DNA of 63,156 nucleotides, the filler included, from Octopus bimaculoides (taxonomy: Eukaryota): NCBI RefSeq assembly GCF_001194135.2. It is 5 parts of 5 records of this genome, joined end to end, with 100 filler letters (N's around TTAATTAATTAA, not from the genome) between each part and the next. Parts side by side here need not be neighbours in the genome. Positions count along the whole stretch, not along the records: positions 1 to 17,232 come from NC_068992.1; positions 17,333 to 27,856 come from NC_068982.1; 3 more parts are not named here. One strand, 5' to 3'. Each line of letters opens with the position of its first letter. The stretch's first letter is position 1. The translations under genes were made by a program, and so were the position numbers. Shown here piece by piece: positions 13,620-25,970 of this stretch. A model generated the notes under the pieces. That model was not told the DNA's origin. It worked only from the letters and a program-made list of their open reading frames with translations, and ran no database searches.

Positions 13620-15648
13620 NNNNNNNNNNNNNNNNNNNNNNNNNNNNNNNNNNNNNNNNNNNNNNNNNNNNNNNNNNNNNNNNNNNNNNNNNNNNNNNNN
13701 NNNNNNNNNNNNNNNNNNNNNNNNNNNNNNNNNNNNNNNNNNNNNNNNNNNNNNNNNNNNNNNNNNNNNNNNNNNNNNNNNNNNNNNNNNNNNNNNNNNN
13801 NNNNNNNNNNNNNNNNNNNNNNNNNNNNNNNNNNNNNNNNNNNNNNNNNNNNNNNNNNNNNNNNNNNNNNNNNNNNNNNNNNNNNNNNNNNNNNNNNNNN
13901 NNNNNNNNNNNNNNNNNNNNNNNNNNNNNNNNNNNNNNNNNNNNNNNNNNNNNNNNNNNNNNNNNNNNNNNNNNNNNNNNNNNNNNNNNNNNNNNNNNNN
14001 NNNNNNNNNNNNNNNNNNNNNNNNNNNNNNNNNNNNNNNNNNNNNNNNNNNNNNNNNNNNNNNNNNNNNNNNNNNNNNNNNNNNNNNNNNNNNNNNNNNN
14101 NNNNNNNNNNNNNNNNNNNNNNNNNNNNNNNNNNNNNNNNNNNNNNNNNNNNNNNNNNNNNNNNNNNNNNNNNNNNNNNNNNNNNNNNNNNNNNNNNNNN
14201 NNNNNNNNNNNNNNNNNNNNNNNNNNNNNNNNNNNNNNNNNNNNNNNNNNNNNNNNNNNNNNNNNNNNNNNNNNNNNNNNNNNNNNNNNNNNNNNNNNNN
14301 NNNNNNNNNNNNNNNNNNNNNNNNNNNNNNNNNNNNNNNNNNNNNNNNNNNNNNNNNNNNNNNNNNNNNNNNNNNNNNNNNNNNNNNNNNNNNNNNNNNN
14401 NNNNNNNNNNNNNNNNNNNNNNNNNNNNNNNNNNNNNNNNNNNNNNNNNNNNNNNNNNNNNNNNNNNNNNNNNNNNNNNNNNNNNNNNNNNNNNNNNNNN
14501 NNNNNNNNNNNNNNNNNNNNNNNNNNNNNNNNNNNNNNNNNNNNNNNATATATATATATATATATATACTTATATACATACCTCTGCATATACATACATA
14601 CAAATGTACGTTCACCCGAGTGTCTGTAGACAGTTCTTTACAGCCACAAAAATATGCTATGTGATGGAACCACAATATAGGTTTTCCGATTTGAAGGCAA
14701 AATTGTCTGTTGACCATGCGCATATGCACCCAGGCCGAAATGTCACTTTGTATATTCTAACATCATATATTGCTTGTATATATCAAATAAGGATGGACAG
14801 CACTTTCCTTTATGGAACTTTTTTCCGCCCACTTTATCTGTGTAGGGTAAAATGATAACGGCTTCTTCTATCTGGTACATAATGAGTGTGTGGAGAGGTA
14901 GAACAGATTCTACATCTTTCTGTTTTAAGTCGATGCATAAATCGTCTATTGAGAAAAGTACAAGAAATATTTTTATGGGTAATTTAAAGTCTGTAGAAGA
15001 ATTGTTGTGAAATCGATTATTTATATTGAAGTTGCTAGCTCTTAATTAAATAAGAGTAACATTATACTGTGTTATAACAAGATAACGATATTTAAGATGA
15101 TGGAAATGTGTAAGCTATGAGGTTTATAGTTTATTCACTATTTTCAACTAAACTGAATCAATGATTAGGAAGGAAAATATGAAGATATAATCCAGTTCTC
15201 AATGGATGTCAAATAATGAAAGTAGTTTATCAGTCCTCCTATTTGAAATAATTATCATACCTGAATAACATAACAAAGACGTGGTTCGAAAATGTGAGTG
15301 TCAGTCGCAAAACGTGCCTTTACCTCCGTCAATAAGATGACCACATTTTAATGTCAGTATACTTTGTTATTACTAAACTGTGTGTATGAAAACAGTTCTA
15401 TACAAAAATCGAGAGGAAACACTTGCAGATTTCAAGATAGGTATTTTCAGAGAAATATGGGAACAAGCTGGAAAAATAGGAGAAACTAATATGTGCTTGA
15501 GTCGTCTTTAAATGAGCCACATTTATATGTGTATCGTGGCGTGGATGTGTATGTATGTTGTATGTATGTATGTATGTATGTATGTATGTGTATATATATA
15601 TGCACAAAGATGTANNNNNNNNNNNNNNNNNNNNNNNNNNNNNNNNNN

Positions 15649-15714
<66 letters not shown>

Positions 15715-17232
15715 AACGAGTATACGTAAGTGCATCAGCATGTATAGCTATCTGCGCATCGTTGTATCTGAATGAATGTGTATTTATCATACAACTACGT
15801 TAGTAGCTGAATAATATTCTTCAGATCACAATTTATACACCATCTTTCAGAGCTTGTCCCTGATTTAGTTCTTAACCAAACTGAAACCTGTTAGCCTATT
15901 TGAAGAGTACTGGTCCTATAGCTATATGTTGGCATGAGAACATTAAGATTTGGTCCAGTAGCAAAATAGTTTTACACAAAATTTGCAGTAACGTAATTGG
16001 AAAGTAAGTAACGTCACCAATCACTTTTAGATCTAAATAACTTTTCTATTTTAAAAGCAAAATATATCTATCTTAGATTCAATAATAGAAGAAAGCATGA
16101 AGAATATCATAGTTTTGGTTCCATGCAACAGAATATTGTATCATAAAAGATGTGAGGTAAAATATCATGAGAAAATTATAAGAAAGGCAAAATATTAGAC
16201 TTTTAATATATATCCCCGTCATCATTGGTTTTAAGAAATAATTATCAACGCACCACTAATCGACACATTTGGCACATTATTAATTAGCAGAATAGCATAA
16301 CCTGGAAATAAACATGGATTACATGGGAAAATGTAAGCAAGTGAAATAATATTCTTAAGATTATTAACCTAGAAAAGTACAGGAGAATATACTACACTTG
16401 GAAACGTTCAGTACAAGTTATTACATTTAAAGTCTTATAGCTATGTCTGGGATATACTAAGATATAAGATATCCCGACATCGGAGGCAAATAGGGAGAAT
16501 GCGAAGGGTATGGATTAAGGAAACGCTGAAATAAAGGACTGGAGAATTAAAGAAATAGAAATGAAGAAAATAGAAACATAAGAGATCACAGTTCAACTTT
16601 CCAATATTATAGATGCTAGTCAGTTAGTCTTTAGGTACAATCCTATGGAAATCCAGGTATGATTACAGCTTTCATAAAGTAAATATCCAGAGAGTAACTT
16701 GATCATATCGATTGTCCGTAAGAGAATGATATTGAGGGATAAAAGGAGAGAAAACTAAATAGAAGCAAGAAGAGGTATTGGCAGGGAAGCTGGAGGAGAT
16801 ACAGAGAGAGGAGGAGGATTGCAATTGATAGGGCAATGGTAAGGATTGGTAGGAGGAATGAAATAAGGAATATAAAAATATAGTGTACAAAATTAAATAA
16901 ATATACAAACGTAAATATGGAGAGAAGAGGAAGGTAAAGGAAGATAATGTAAAAAAAAATACAGAATAAAGTAAAATAAAAGGAAAGGGATTGAAAAAGA
17001 GGATAGTAGATGCCAGTGCTGTTTGAAGGGGTCGGGCAGGAAGTAAAGTAGTAAGTGTATGTGTCCGTTTTATGGGTAAGGTCAGTTGGTATAGAAATAT
17101 TTCTAGATAGGGCGGGTATGAATCTCATAAATGGGGTGTTTGTAAGACTTGAAAGTTTTCTAATAATAATAACGCATATGACGACTGTTTGTCTTGCCTT
17201 AGCGTTTATTGTCCTCTTTAACAAATGCATAC

Positions 17233-17332
17233 NNNNNNNNNNNNNNNNNNNNNNNNNNNNNNNNNNNNNNNNNNNNTTAATTAATTAANNNNNNNNNNNN
17301 NNNNNNNNNNNNNNNNNNNNNNNNNNNNNNNN
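17233..17332. other. Artificial assembly linker N44-TTAATTAATTAA-N44
   Basis: Exactly 44 N, a 12-nt palindrome with stops in all six frames, then 44 N. The same 100-bp structure occurs four times in the window. Confidence 0.9.
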
Positions 17333-17390
<58 letters not shown>

Positions 17391-17986
17391 CGTATATGGT
17401 ATATATATATATGTATATACGTATATGGTATAATATATGTATATGTGGTATGTGTACATGTGCATATATATTGTATATATGTGAGCATATATACTGACAA
17501 ACATACATACGTACAGATATACACACGAGCGCGCACACACACATGTATGTATATATACATGCATACTACACATACACACGCACGCATATACACACAAACA
17601 CACACATATATATCAAGAGTGAGAGAGGGTGAGAGAGAGTGTACGAGTGTGAGAAAGTGGGAGAACTGTATGACAAAATCGGTCACGCTTTAACGATAGC
17701 TGTAACATAACATTTCCCAATATTTATAAATTCTTTAAAAGCAAATTCTTTGAAATTACTTCGTACATGTTGTTATAAGCTGTTGACATTTCTTTTTGTC
17801 AACATTATTGTCTCTTCTTTTCGCCATATTACAACTTATAGTTGCATTTACCTTCTCCGTCCTAACTCACACCCAATTTCGTTTCTGTTGTAGATAAGTT
17901 GTGTAAAATATAAAACAGATGCAGTCGACAGAACGTTGGTATAAGCACATTAAAAGTCTAAGTCTTCGGTGATTAGATAGTTCTAT

Positions 17987-18375
17987 TTGTTGTTGTTGGC
18001 ACTCCGTCGCTTACGACGTCGAGGGTTCCAGCTGACCCGATCAACAGAACAACCTGCTCGTGAAATTAACGTGCAAGTGGCTGAGCACTCCACAGACACG
18101 TTTACCCTTAACGTAGTTCTCGGGGAGATTCAGCGTGACACAGTGTGACAAGGCTGACCCTTTGAATTATAGGCACAACAGAAACAGGAAGTAAGAGTGA
18201 GAGAAAGTTGTGGTGAAGGAGTACAGCAGGGTTCGCCACCATCCCCTGCCAGAGCCTCGTGGAGCTTTAGGTGTTTTCGCTCAATAAACACTCACAACGC
18301 CCAGTCTGGGAATCGAAACCGCGATCCTATGACGGCAAGTCTGCTGCCCTAATCACTGGGCCATTGCGCCTCCAC
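17987..18375 (-). mobile_element. SINE family C (head C1 + tail T1), full length with target-site duplication
   Basis: tRNA-like head gtggaggcgcaatggcccagtg on the minus strand and a (CAA)n tail. TSD agatagt(t/a)ctat at 17975-17986 and 18376-18387. Confidence 0.92.
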
Positions 18376-18402
18376 AGATAGTACTATATATAATAATTAT
18401 AA

Positions 18403-19105
18403 CCCTTTCTACCATAGGCACAAGGTTTGAAATTTGGCGGGGTTGGGGTGAGGGCCAGCCGATAAGATCGGGGCTCAGTACGCAACTGATACTTAATTTA
18501 TCAACCCTGAAAAGATAAAGTCGACCTCTGCGGAATTTGAACTCGGAACGTAGCGATGGGCGAAATACCGCTCAGCATTTCGTTCAGCGTGCTAACGATT
18601 CTGCTAGCTCAACGCCTTTCTATATGCAATAATTAGTACAATTATTATACTAATAATTATAATACTTTCTACTAAAGGCTTAAGCCTTGAAATTTTACTG
18701 GAGGGTACTGGTCGATTACATCGACCTCATTATTTCACTGGTACTTAATTTATCGACTCGAAAAGGATGAAAGGCAAAGTCGACTTCGGCGGAATTTGAA
18801 TACAGAGCGTGAAGACGGACGAAATGCCGCTAAACAATTTTTCCCCGGCGCGTTAACGATTCTCCCAGCTCGTTGCCTCATTATACTAATAATTGTAATA
18901 ATTAGAAATAATATAGACACAAGGCCTGAACTTTTGTGGGAGGGCATAGTTGATTACATCAAGACCAGTGCTTAACTGGTACTTTTGTACTCTTGTGACC
19001 CTGAAAGGATGAAAAGCAAAGTCGACTTCGGTAGAATTTGAACTGAGAACGTAAGGAGCCAGAAGAAATGTCTAGCACGGTAGCAATTCTGTCAGTTAGC
19101 CGCCC
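18403..19105 (-). mobile_element. Three tandem SINE family A copies (18403-18617, 18665-18879, 18914-19105)
   Basis: Each has ctggtactt..tttatcgac..gaaaggatgaaag.caaagtcgac.tcggcggaatttgaactc-like sequence. Confidence 0.88.
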
Positions 19106-19157
19106 ATCTTTTATTTATTTATTTTTATTATTATTTTATTTTTAAAAATTATTTATT

Positions 19158-19225
<68 letters not shown>

Positions 19226-19240
19226 AGTACTACTTATAAT

Positions 19241-19892
19241 GTGGAGGCTGGCCCAGTGATTAAAGGAGCACTCCGTCGGTTACGACGACGAGTGTCCCAG
19301 CTGATACGATCAACGGAACAGCTTGCTCGTGAAATTAACGTGCAAGTGACTGAGCACTTCACAAACAGACACGTGTACCCCTAACGTAGTTCTCAGGGAG
19401 ATTCAGCATGACACAGAGTGTGACAGAGCTGGCCTCTTGAAATACAGGTACAACTCATTTTTGTCAGCTGAGTGGACTGGAGCAACGCGAAAAGTGTCTT
19501 GCTCAAGGACACAACGTGACACAACGCTGGGAATCGAACTCACGACCTTACAGTCGTGAGCCGAATGCCCTAACCACTAATCCACGCGCCTTCACGCCCA
19601 GTGGTTAGGGCAGCGGAGTCGCGGTCGGAGAATTGCTGTTTCAATTCCCAGACCGGGCGTTGTGTGTGTTTATTGAGCGAAAACACCTAAAGCTCCACGA
19701 GGCTCCGGCAGCGGGTGGTGGCGACTCCTGTTGTACTCTTTCGCCCCAACTTTCACTCTTTCTTCCTGTTTCTTGAGTAATGCTGCGATGGACTGGCGTA
19801 CCGTTCAGCTGGGGGGAACACATACGCCATAAAAACCGGGAAACCGGGCCCATGAGCCTGGTTAGGCTTTGAAAGGGCGCATAAATAAATAA
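19241..19892 (+). mobile_element. SINE (head C1 + tail T2) interrupted by a nested antisense SINE
   Basis: Perfect 12-bp TSD actacttataat at 19229-19240 and 19893-19904. The head begins at 19241 (gtggaggc.tggcccagtg) and resumes at 19596. Confidence 0.85.
19264..19595 (-). mobile_element. Nested SINE (head C2 + tail T1)
   Basis: Minus-strand head gtgaaggcgcgtggattagtggttagggcattcggctcacg, homologous to 44676-44999. Flanked by the diverged duplication gcccagtg(a/g)tta at 19251 and 19596. Confidence 0.85.
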
Positions 19893-19911
19893 ACTACTTA
19901 TAATAATGATT

Positions 19912-20095
19912 GTTTCTTACTATGGCATAAGGCCAGAAACGTTTGGGAAGGGAGTTAGTTGGTGAAATCGACCCCTATATATCAATGACATTTTCTTTTA
20001 TCAACACTGGAAGGTAAAACTGATCCCGGTGGAATTTAAATTTAGAACGCAATGGTCCAGGAGAAATACGGCAAGATATTTTAACAGACGCTTAA
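19912..20095 (-). mobile_element. SINE family A, degraded
   Basis: Contains ggcataaggccagaaa..atcgacccc..tttatcaac..ggtggaatttaaatttagaacg. Confidence 0.6.
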
Positions 20096-20229
20096 TAATT
20101 TGTTAGAAGGCCCATACATCCGTGTAGCGACATGTTATCAAAAGAAAGAAAAAGACAGCTCCAAGACGTGTGGGCATATACACACAGAAAAATCGAGGGG
20201 TGGACGAAGGATATAAAGATGTAAAAGTT

Positions 20230-20262
20230 TATATAAAGCGTGTCACCGTCATCCGGTCAGTT
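20230..20262 (+). promoter_or_regulatory. Candidate Pol II core promoter (TATA + Inr), possibly belonging to a transposon
   Basis: TATATAAA at 20230-20237 and TCAGTT at 20257-20262. The Inr A lies 29 nt after the first T of the TATA box, which is canonical spacing. No transcript evidence. Confidence 0.35.
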
Positions 20263-22209
20263 GTTTCGGTATGTTGCTAGATATCATGCTTCAGAGATTG
20301 GTTAAGGCAATAAGGATAAGTGGATTCTGATAAAAGGGAACCATAGATACACTTGGTCATATAACGTGCGCATTGAAGAAGTGATCGGTATGTGTTCTGA
20401 CATAAAAAAAACATGTGTGATAGTGCTGATGAGCTTCTTCTCCGAATGTCTACTGCCAGACAAAATGCTGAAGATAAATTGGGAAACATCATCGATGAAA
20501 AAATTAAACGAAATCAGCGACGTAAATCAAAATTTAATGCTTCTATTTGCTTTATGTAGAAATAGGAGTTGAGTTAGATACCGAAAAAATATAAAAGACG
20601 ATTTTTATCTTAAGGCACACAAGGAAGAACGCTCATTGCGGCGACCAGGTATCTTGTACCTGCATATTTGTTCATAGCAGAAAATAGTTGATTTTTATTT
20701 TTAACAGGAGTGTTGTCTTGGAGTTGTCATCTTCCCATCGAGGTGGTGGGTCGTCCGCAAGGTATAAGCAGGGTGACCTGCAATGAGGAGCTTTAATGCC
20801 AAACTTCCTGTTATGCAAACATGAAAATATGGAATGTGCTTTTTCTTTTCTATCAAGCATTCCAAAGAAGAATTTTCTTAAATATTATCCCTCATAACTT
20901 GTCTTATTCGCCTTAAAAAAACTTCCAACAGTTTTAATTCACCTAACGCACCCAAAGATAATAATTGTTTCTAATCTCATCATAACAATATCGACTTGCT
21001 TGAGTAAACAACAAACTTGAGCTTCTTCAACCATATCACATCAATACTTGATCCACAAAATGGCAATTTTATCCCACTGGAAGTCACAGATGTTGACCAA
21101 TAAATTTCATGAGAAAACAGTGAACTATGAAGATAAGGCGGTTCCTCTATGCTAACATGACGCGTTAAAAGGTCGTATAGAAATTTTCTCTAAATGTGTC
21201 CATTTCAAGCGCCACCTACNNNNNNNNNNNNNNNNNNNNNNNNNNNNNNNNNNNNNNNNNNNNNNNNNNNNNNNNNNNNNNNNNNNNNNNNNNNNNNNNN
21301 NNNNNNNNNNNNNNNNNNNNNNNNNNNNNNNNNNNNNNNNNNNNNNNNNNNNNNNNNNNNNNNNNNNNNNNNNNNNNNNNNNNNNNNNNNNNNNNNNNNN
21401 NNNNNNNNNNNNNNNNNNNNNNNNNNNNNNNNNNNNNNNATATATATACACACATCTTCATTACTCAACTCACGTCTTTGGTTTACCAATCCAGCAAATT
21501 AGACCATAACAGTTTAGTATTAATAAAAGATGTATGACTAGATGATTGGGATAGTAAAATGTTAATGTTATTTGTGCTCCATAATTGGAAAGTTGGTTAA
21601 AAAAACGACATACTTAAGCAGGTGAATAAGTTTAGGTTTTAGGGTAATGCCCAAAAAGAAAAAAAATGACGACAGAAATGAATTTTAAAATTCTCTTTAA
21701 TACAGGTGTGTCAATATATTAAATGGAAATTCGTGCAAACATTCACAAAAAAGACATTCAGAAAGTTCTCAAAAAGTTTAGTCGGAGAATAATGATCGAA
21801 TAACCAGACATGTTAGAAATGGTTTGACAAATAACAGGAAAATGAAAATGTCATAATCGGCAGATTGCAAAGTTCATTCCTAAAACATATTGTTGGAACA
21901 TAATGTCAAAGTGAATGCGTTAAAAGTTTCTTTTTTATTTATATTAGTGTGTGTATGACGAGGAAAAGGAAAAAAAGTCTAAGAGAAGAGAGGACAAGTA
22001 GCATGCAGTTGTTCTGAACATGAAATACCCTCTGCTTAATGCGTATACTTTATGCACCGAAAGTTAATACACACTGTGACTGGTCAAAAACAGCCAACAA
22101 GAAGTTTAAAAATCAAATCTTGTAGTGTTTAGTTGAAAGCACAAGCAGTCCGTTCAGCCATTTAAGCAAAACGAAAAAAACATAGAAGAAATAAAGTAAG
22201 ACGTGTGAC

Positions 22210-22380
22210 GTCATCACAGCTGACAACATGGCAAAACAGAACATGCGTACACGATACCTCAGGCGACAAAGAGATGAATGGAAGAACTTAGTTGGGAATT
22301 CATCTATTCATCTTCAGCCGCTTGAATAATTGCATGAAACGAGTAATTCTGAATATGATCTTAGAATAAACTCTGTCACA
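22210..22380 (+). mobile_element. Possible mariner transposase C-terminal remnant (highly decayed)
   Basis: Frame reads HAYTIPQATKR*MEELSWEFIYSSSAA*IIA*NE*F*I*S*NKL, loosely aligning with mariner HT..ATK..MEELxWExxPHPPYSPDxAPSDxxLFxSLxNxL. Confidence 0.4.
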
Positions 22381-23419
22381 TGTATTGAGGAATGTTTTTC
22401 TTTGCATACATACACAAACAGATACGTATATATATCCGTGTCGTAAAAACGCCAGCATTCTGCATTAAATAAACTGAAAATGGTATTTGATAAATACACC
22501 AGCGTATCACACATTCCATTTATTTGATGTAAAATTGTATTAGAATAATTAAATTTTTATTGAAATGACTATTTTATTGAAAATACTTTGAAGAATTGGA
22601 CCCAAAGGAAACTAAATTTGAGGAAAAGATTTTTGTAAATTGTGTTAATACTCTATTCAGATTAGAAACATCAAAAGCTTTATTCAGTTGTTAAAGATTT
22701 CATCAATTATTATTTTATTAAATCACTATGGAGTCCGCATCTTAAAAAATAACTGTTATTCCCAGAGCCTGCATCTTAAAAAAATAACTGTTATTCGCAC
22801 ATATATTATAAATTATTGATATTCATGACACAGGCCAAGGGACAGTTTAGTTACTATCATTCATAAATGAATATCACCGACAAAATCCGATGAAAATTTT
22901 TGTTCCTAAACGGATTTGAATTCGTAATCCTTTTCTTTAGTTTTCACACAGAGCAACAGCATAAAATATTACGTAAACAATAAAGATAACCAAATAAATT
23001 AAAATTTGTACACACGCACACACATGCACACACACGCACACACATGCACACACACGCATGCACATGCACACACACGCACACACACGTAATTTCTTACAGT
23101 ATAGAACAGAAAAATAAATGAATTAAAAAATCTTTAAGCTTTTCTGGTATGAGATATTTCCGCTTACTTTCTATGTTTCAGTTTGATATGTGTGTGCGTG
23201 TGCGCGCGTGAGAGCGAGTGGTGTATGTACATGAGTATATATGTATACGGATGTCAATATATGTATGTAGACGTGCCTGGATTTATATGTATTCATCAGT
23301 ATATGCGTGTGTGTGTCAGTGTACGTATGTATTTTGCAAAGAAAATCTTGAAGATACCAGAATGAATGAGGACATTTCAAGTATACTGTTACGTCATAAT
23401 AAACTTTGATGTTATATGT

Positions 23420-24760
23420 ATATGTGAAGAATGGAGTTTGATGTAGCCACCCTCATTTGCACCTCTTGTCGTGAGGTAGGTTCATTCGGGACTCTCGACA
23501 GGAAGAGGTCCAGCTTTGATTTAAAAACGCCTACAGCTACTTTGTGCAGGTTCCCCAGGCTCTTTGGGAGAATATTAAAAAGTTGTGGGCCCCTGAAACC
23601 CAGGCTGTTACAGTAACTGGTCCTGAAGCGCGATGGTGTTGCTGGGATCTTTGGCACTATGCAGTGTCGTCCCGTTCTGGCTTTGGTGTAGGTTTCAATG
23701 CCAAAATTCGGCACAATTCCTTCCAGGATCTTCCAGATGTATATTACTGCATACCTCTCCCGCTTTCTCTCTAGGGAGTAGAGTCTTAGCTGTTTCAGCC
23801 TTTCCCAGTAGCTGAGCAATTGCAAAGAGACGATCTTCTTTGTGAATCTTCCCTGGATTGCTTCAAGGTCCGCTGTTAATTTCACATTGGTGGGTGACCA
23901 TAACTGTGAGTAGTATTCCAGGCGGCTGAGGATGAATGTTCTCCATAGGACCATCATGGTTTCCTTCTCTCTAGTTCTGAACGTTCTCAGGATCCATCCA
24001 ATCATTCGTCCGAACTTTGTCTCCATCCTGGTAATGTGCACTTGGAAAGAGATATCATCACTCATGTCGATATCCAGGTCCCTCACTGATTTAGGCTCTG
24101 GGATTGAAATTCCCTGTGGACCAGTGTACCCTGTAAGTTTCATATTCAGTTTTGGACGCTAGTAGCGCAGGGCTTGGAACTTTTCAGCATTAAACTGCAT
24201 ATTATTATCCTCAGCCTATCTGTAAATTGAGTCCAACTCCCGCTGCAGATGTGCAATATCGCTGGGATTCTGTATTTTCTGCGAGACTTTCGTATCGTCT
24301 GCGTAGCTTGCATGGGTGGCTATCCGGGCACTTGGAATAGCTGAGAGGGCCACTATAAAAAGCAGTAGTCCCAAGACAGTGCCCTGTGGAACACCTCTCA
24401 CTATTTGTGTTTTCATAGAGGTGGCTCCACTAGCCACTACTGCCTGACTTCTATTTTTCAGAAAGTCATTTGTGTCCACATTTGAGTTGTTGAGTAACTG
24501 CCTCAACACCCAGTCATAATGTTGTAAGAGCTGGGTCAGGCAGCTCCTACCTGGTCAAAAGCCATGCTGGGTATCACCCAGCAAGTTATTTTCTTCAAGG
24601 AATGCGATTAGTTTCCCTCTGATTATCCGTTCCATGACTTTGCTTATGTGTGAAGTCAGAGAGATAGGCCTAAAGTTTTTGGCATCCTGCTTCCCCGTTT
24701 ATGGATTGGGCATATTATTCCCTCCTTCAGCTTGGTTCATTCTTTCGCAAGACCGGATGT
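23420..24760 (-). mobile_element. CR1-group non-LTR retrotransposon remnant (RT and C-terminal domain), frameshifted
   Basis: Minus-strand motifs PIHK..NFRPISLTSHISKVMER, QHGF*PGRSCLTQLL, GVPQGTVLGLLLF, SYADDTK and SRLEYYSQLWSP..LYSLERKRERYAVIYIWKILEG (ORFs 24216-24509 and 23412-24143). Confidence 0.92.
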
Positions 24761-25558
24761 TCGAAATGAAAGTACAGTCCATCGGGCAAGCGACCACAAT
24801 ATTCTGTTTCTCCAGTTTCCATTTAACTCTTGGATTCGAAACTACGCTGTAAAGCAATTACTAATACACTACTCAACGGTATGTAAGCCGCATACACATG
24901 CGCGAGCGCAAACACTCCTGTACACACGCATGCGCATGCACGCGCGCTCACACACATGCACGTGCGCGCAGTACACACTTGTCGTGAATTAATCTAAGAG
25001 TTAAAGAAGAATAAATGTTATCATTTTATATTTTCTAAATTGCAATTAATTTCTAACATTTAATTAATTTAAAAAAATAAAATCAATTTTAGAATTTTGA
25101 ATTAATTTTGGAATTTTAAATTAATATTGAAGACTAAGTGCATGCTTAATAGCTCAAATGGATCATTAATAGAAAGAAAAAAACAAGCAAAATTAAAGCC
25201 GTACATTCATAGGAGCCAACAAAACATCCACTGTACGACTGTTCGACCCGCAAGAAATAGCTGTCAAACTCATCTGAAATCACATTCTATGACTTTAAAC
25301 AAGAAATCATTGGCTAATTTAGTCTTAAACATATGTGTAAAGAAAAAGACAGGTTATTGGCATTGGAATGAAATTGATCATGCGTTCAATCAAAAGTGAC
25401 TCGAGCTAATCAAGTGTAAAAACAAAGTCAAAAACAACAAAAACAACACGCATCCAGATACTCAGCTACTGGAATATGTGTCATATAGGTTTGTCATATT
25501 AGTTTGAATCTGTGTTATATTAGTTTGTATCTCTCTTCTTTTTATCTTGAAACATTGT

Positions 25559-25970
25559 TATGTCTTCTGCTTCATAGACGACGCAGTTTATCATACACGC
25601 TTGGTCAAGCTTGCAAGCTTCAGGGTCTCGACAGTTAGAACTGGAAATGGGCTTTTGGTGAGGCTTACGAGTGATAACGTTCTTAATATTGGGACAGCAG
25701 GTTTATGATATTTTTACTGACTGTCTATTAAAAATCTTCCTGCATTCGTAGTTTACTGGGAAATGCTTATCCAAAAGGTCCAAGAATCTTTTGCCAATGT
25801 TAGTTTTAACATTTAGGGAGAAAAAAGGAGTGAACCATAATTTTAGGTTTCATATTTTTATTTGAAGGGTTGTCATATATCTTACCTTCGAAGTCGTTCT
25901 TATCTTGGGTATTATTATAGTAGTGGGTTGACTTATCAAATATTTCTTTTGAAATGGAGAGATTAGATAT
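25559..25970 (-). mobile_element. Penelope-like element ORF remnant (RT thumb, linker and start of GIY-YIG)
   Basis: One minus frame reads WFTPFFSLNVKTNIGKRFLDLLDKHFPVNYECRKIFNRQSVKIS*TCCPNIKNVIT..NCRDPEACKLDQACMINCVVYEAED, preceded by ISNLSISKEIFDKSTHYYNN. This matches the PLE WFNPPxSxNVKTNIG..DKHFP..KIFNR..KISYSCxPN signature. Confidence 0.85.

Noticed and set aside
16200-17232. Purine-rich block with WITWENVSK, faintly like an L1/Tx1 motif, and ORF 16703-17230
   Set aside because: The similarity is too weak, and the ORF is a by-product of composition.
21207-21219. gcgccacctac, resembling a CTCF core
   Set aside because: It is truncated by an N gap, and a single short motif is not significant.
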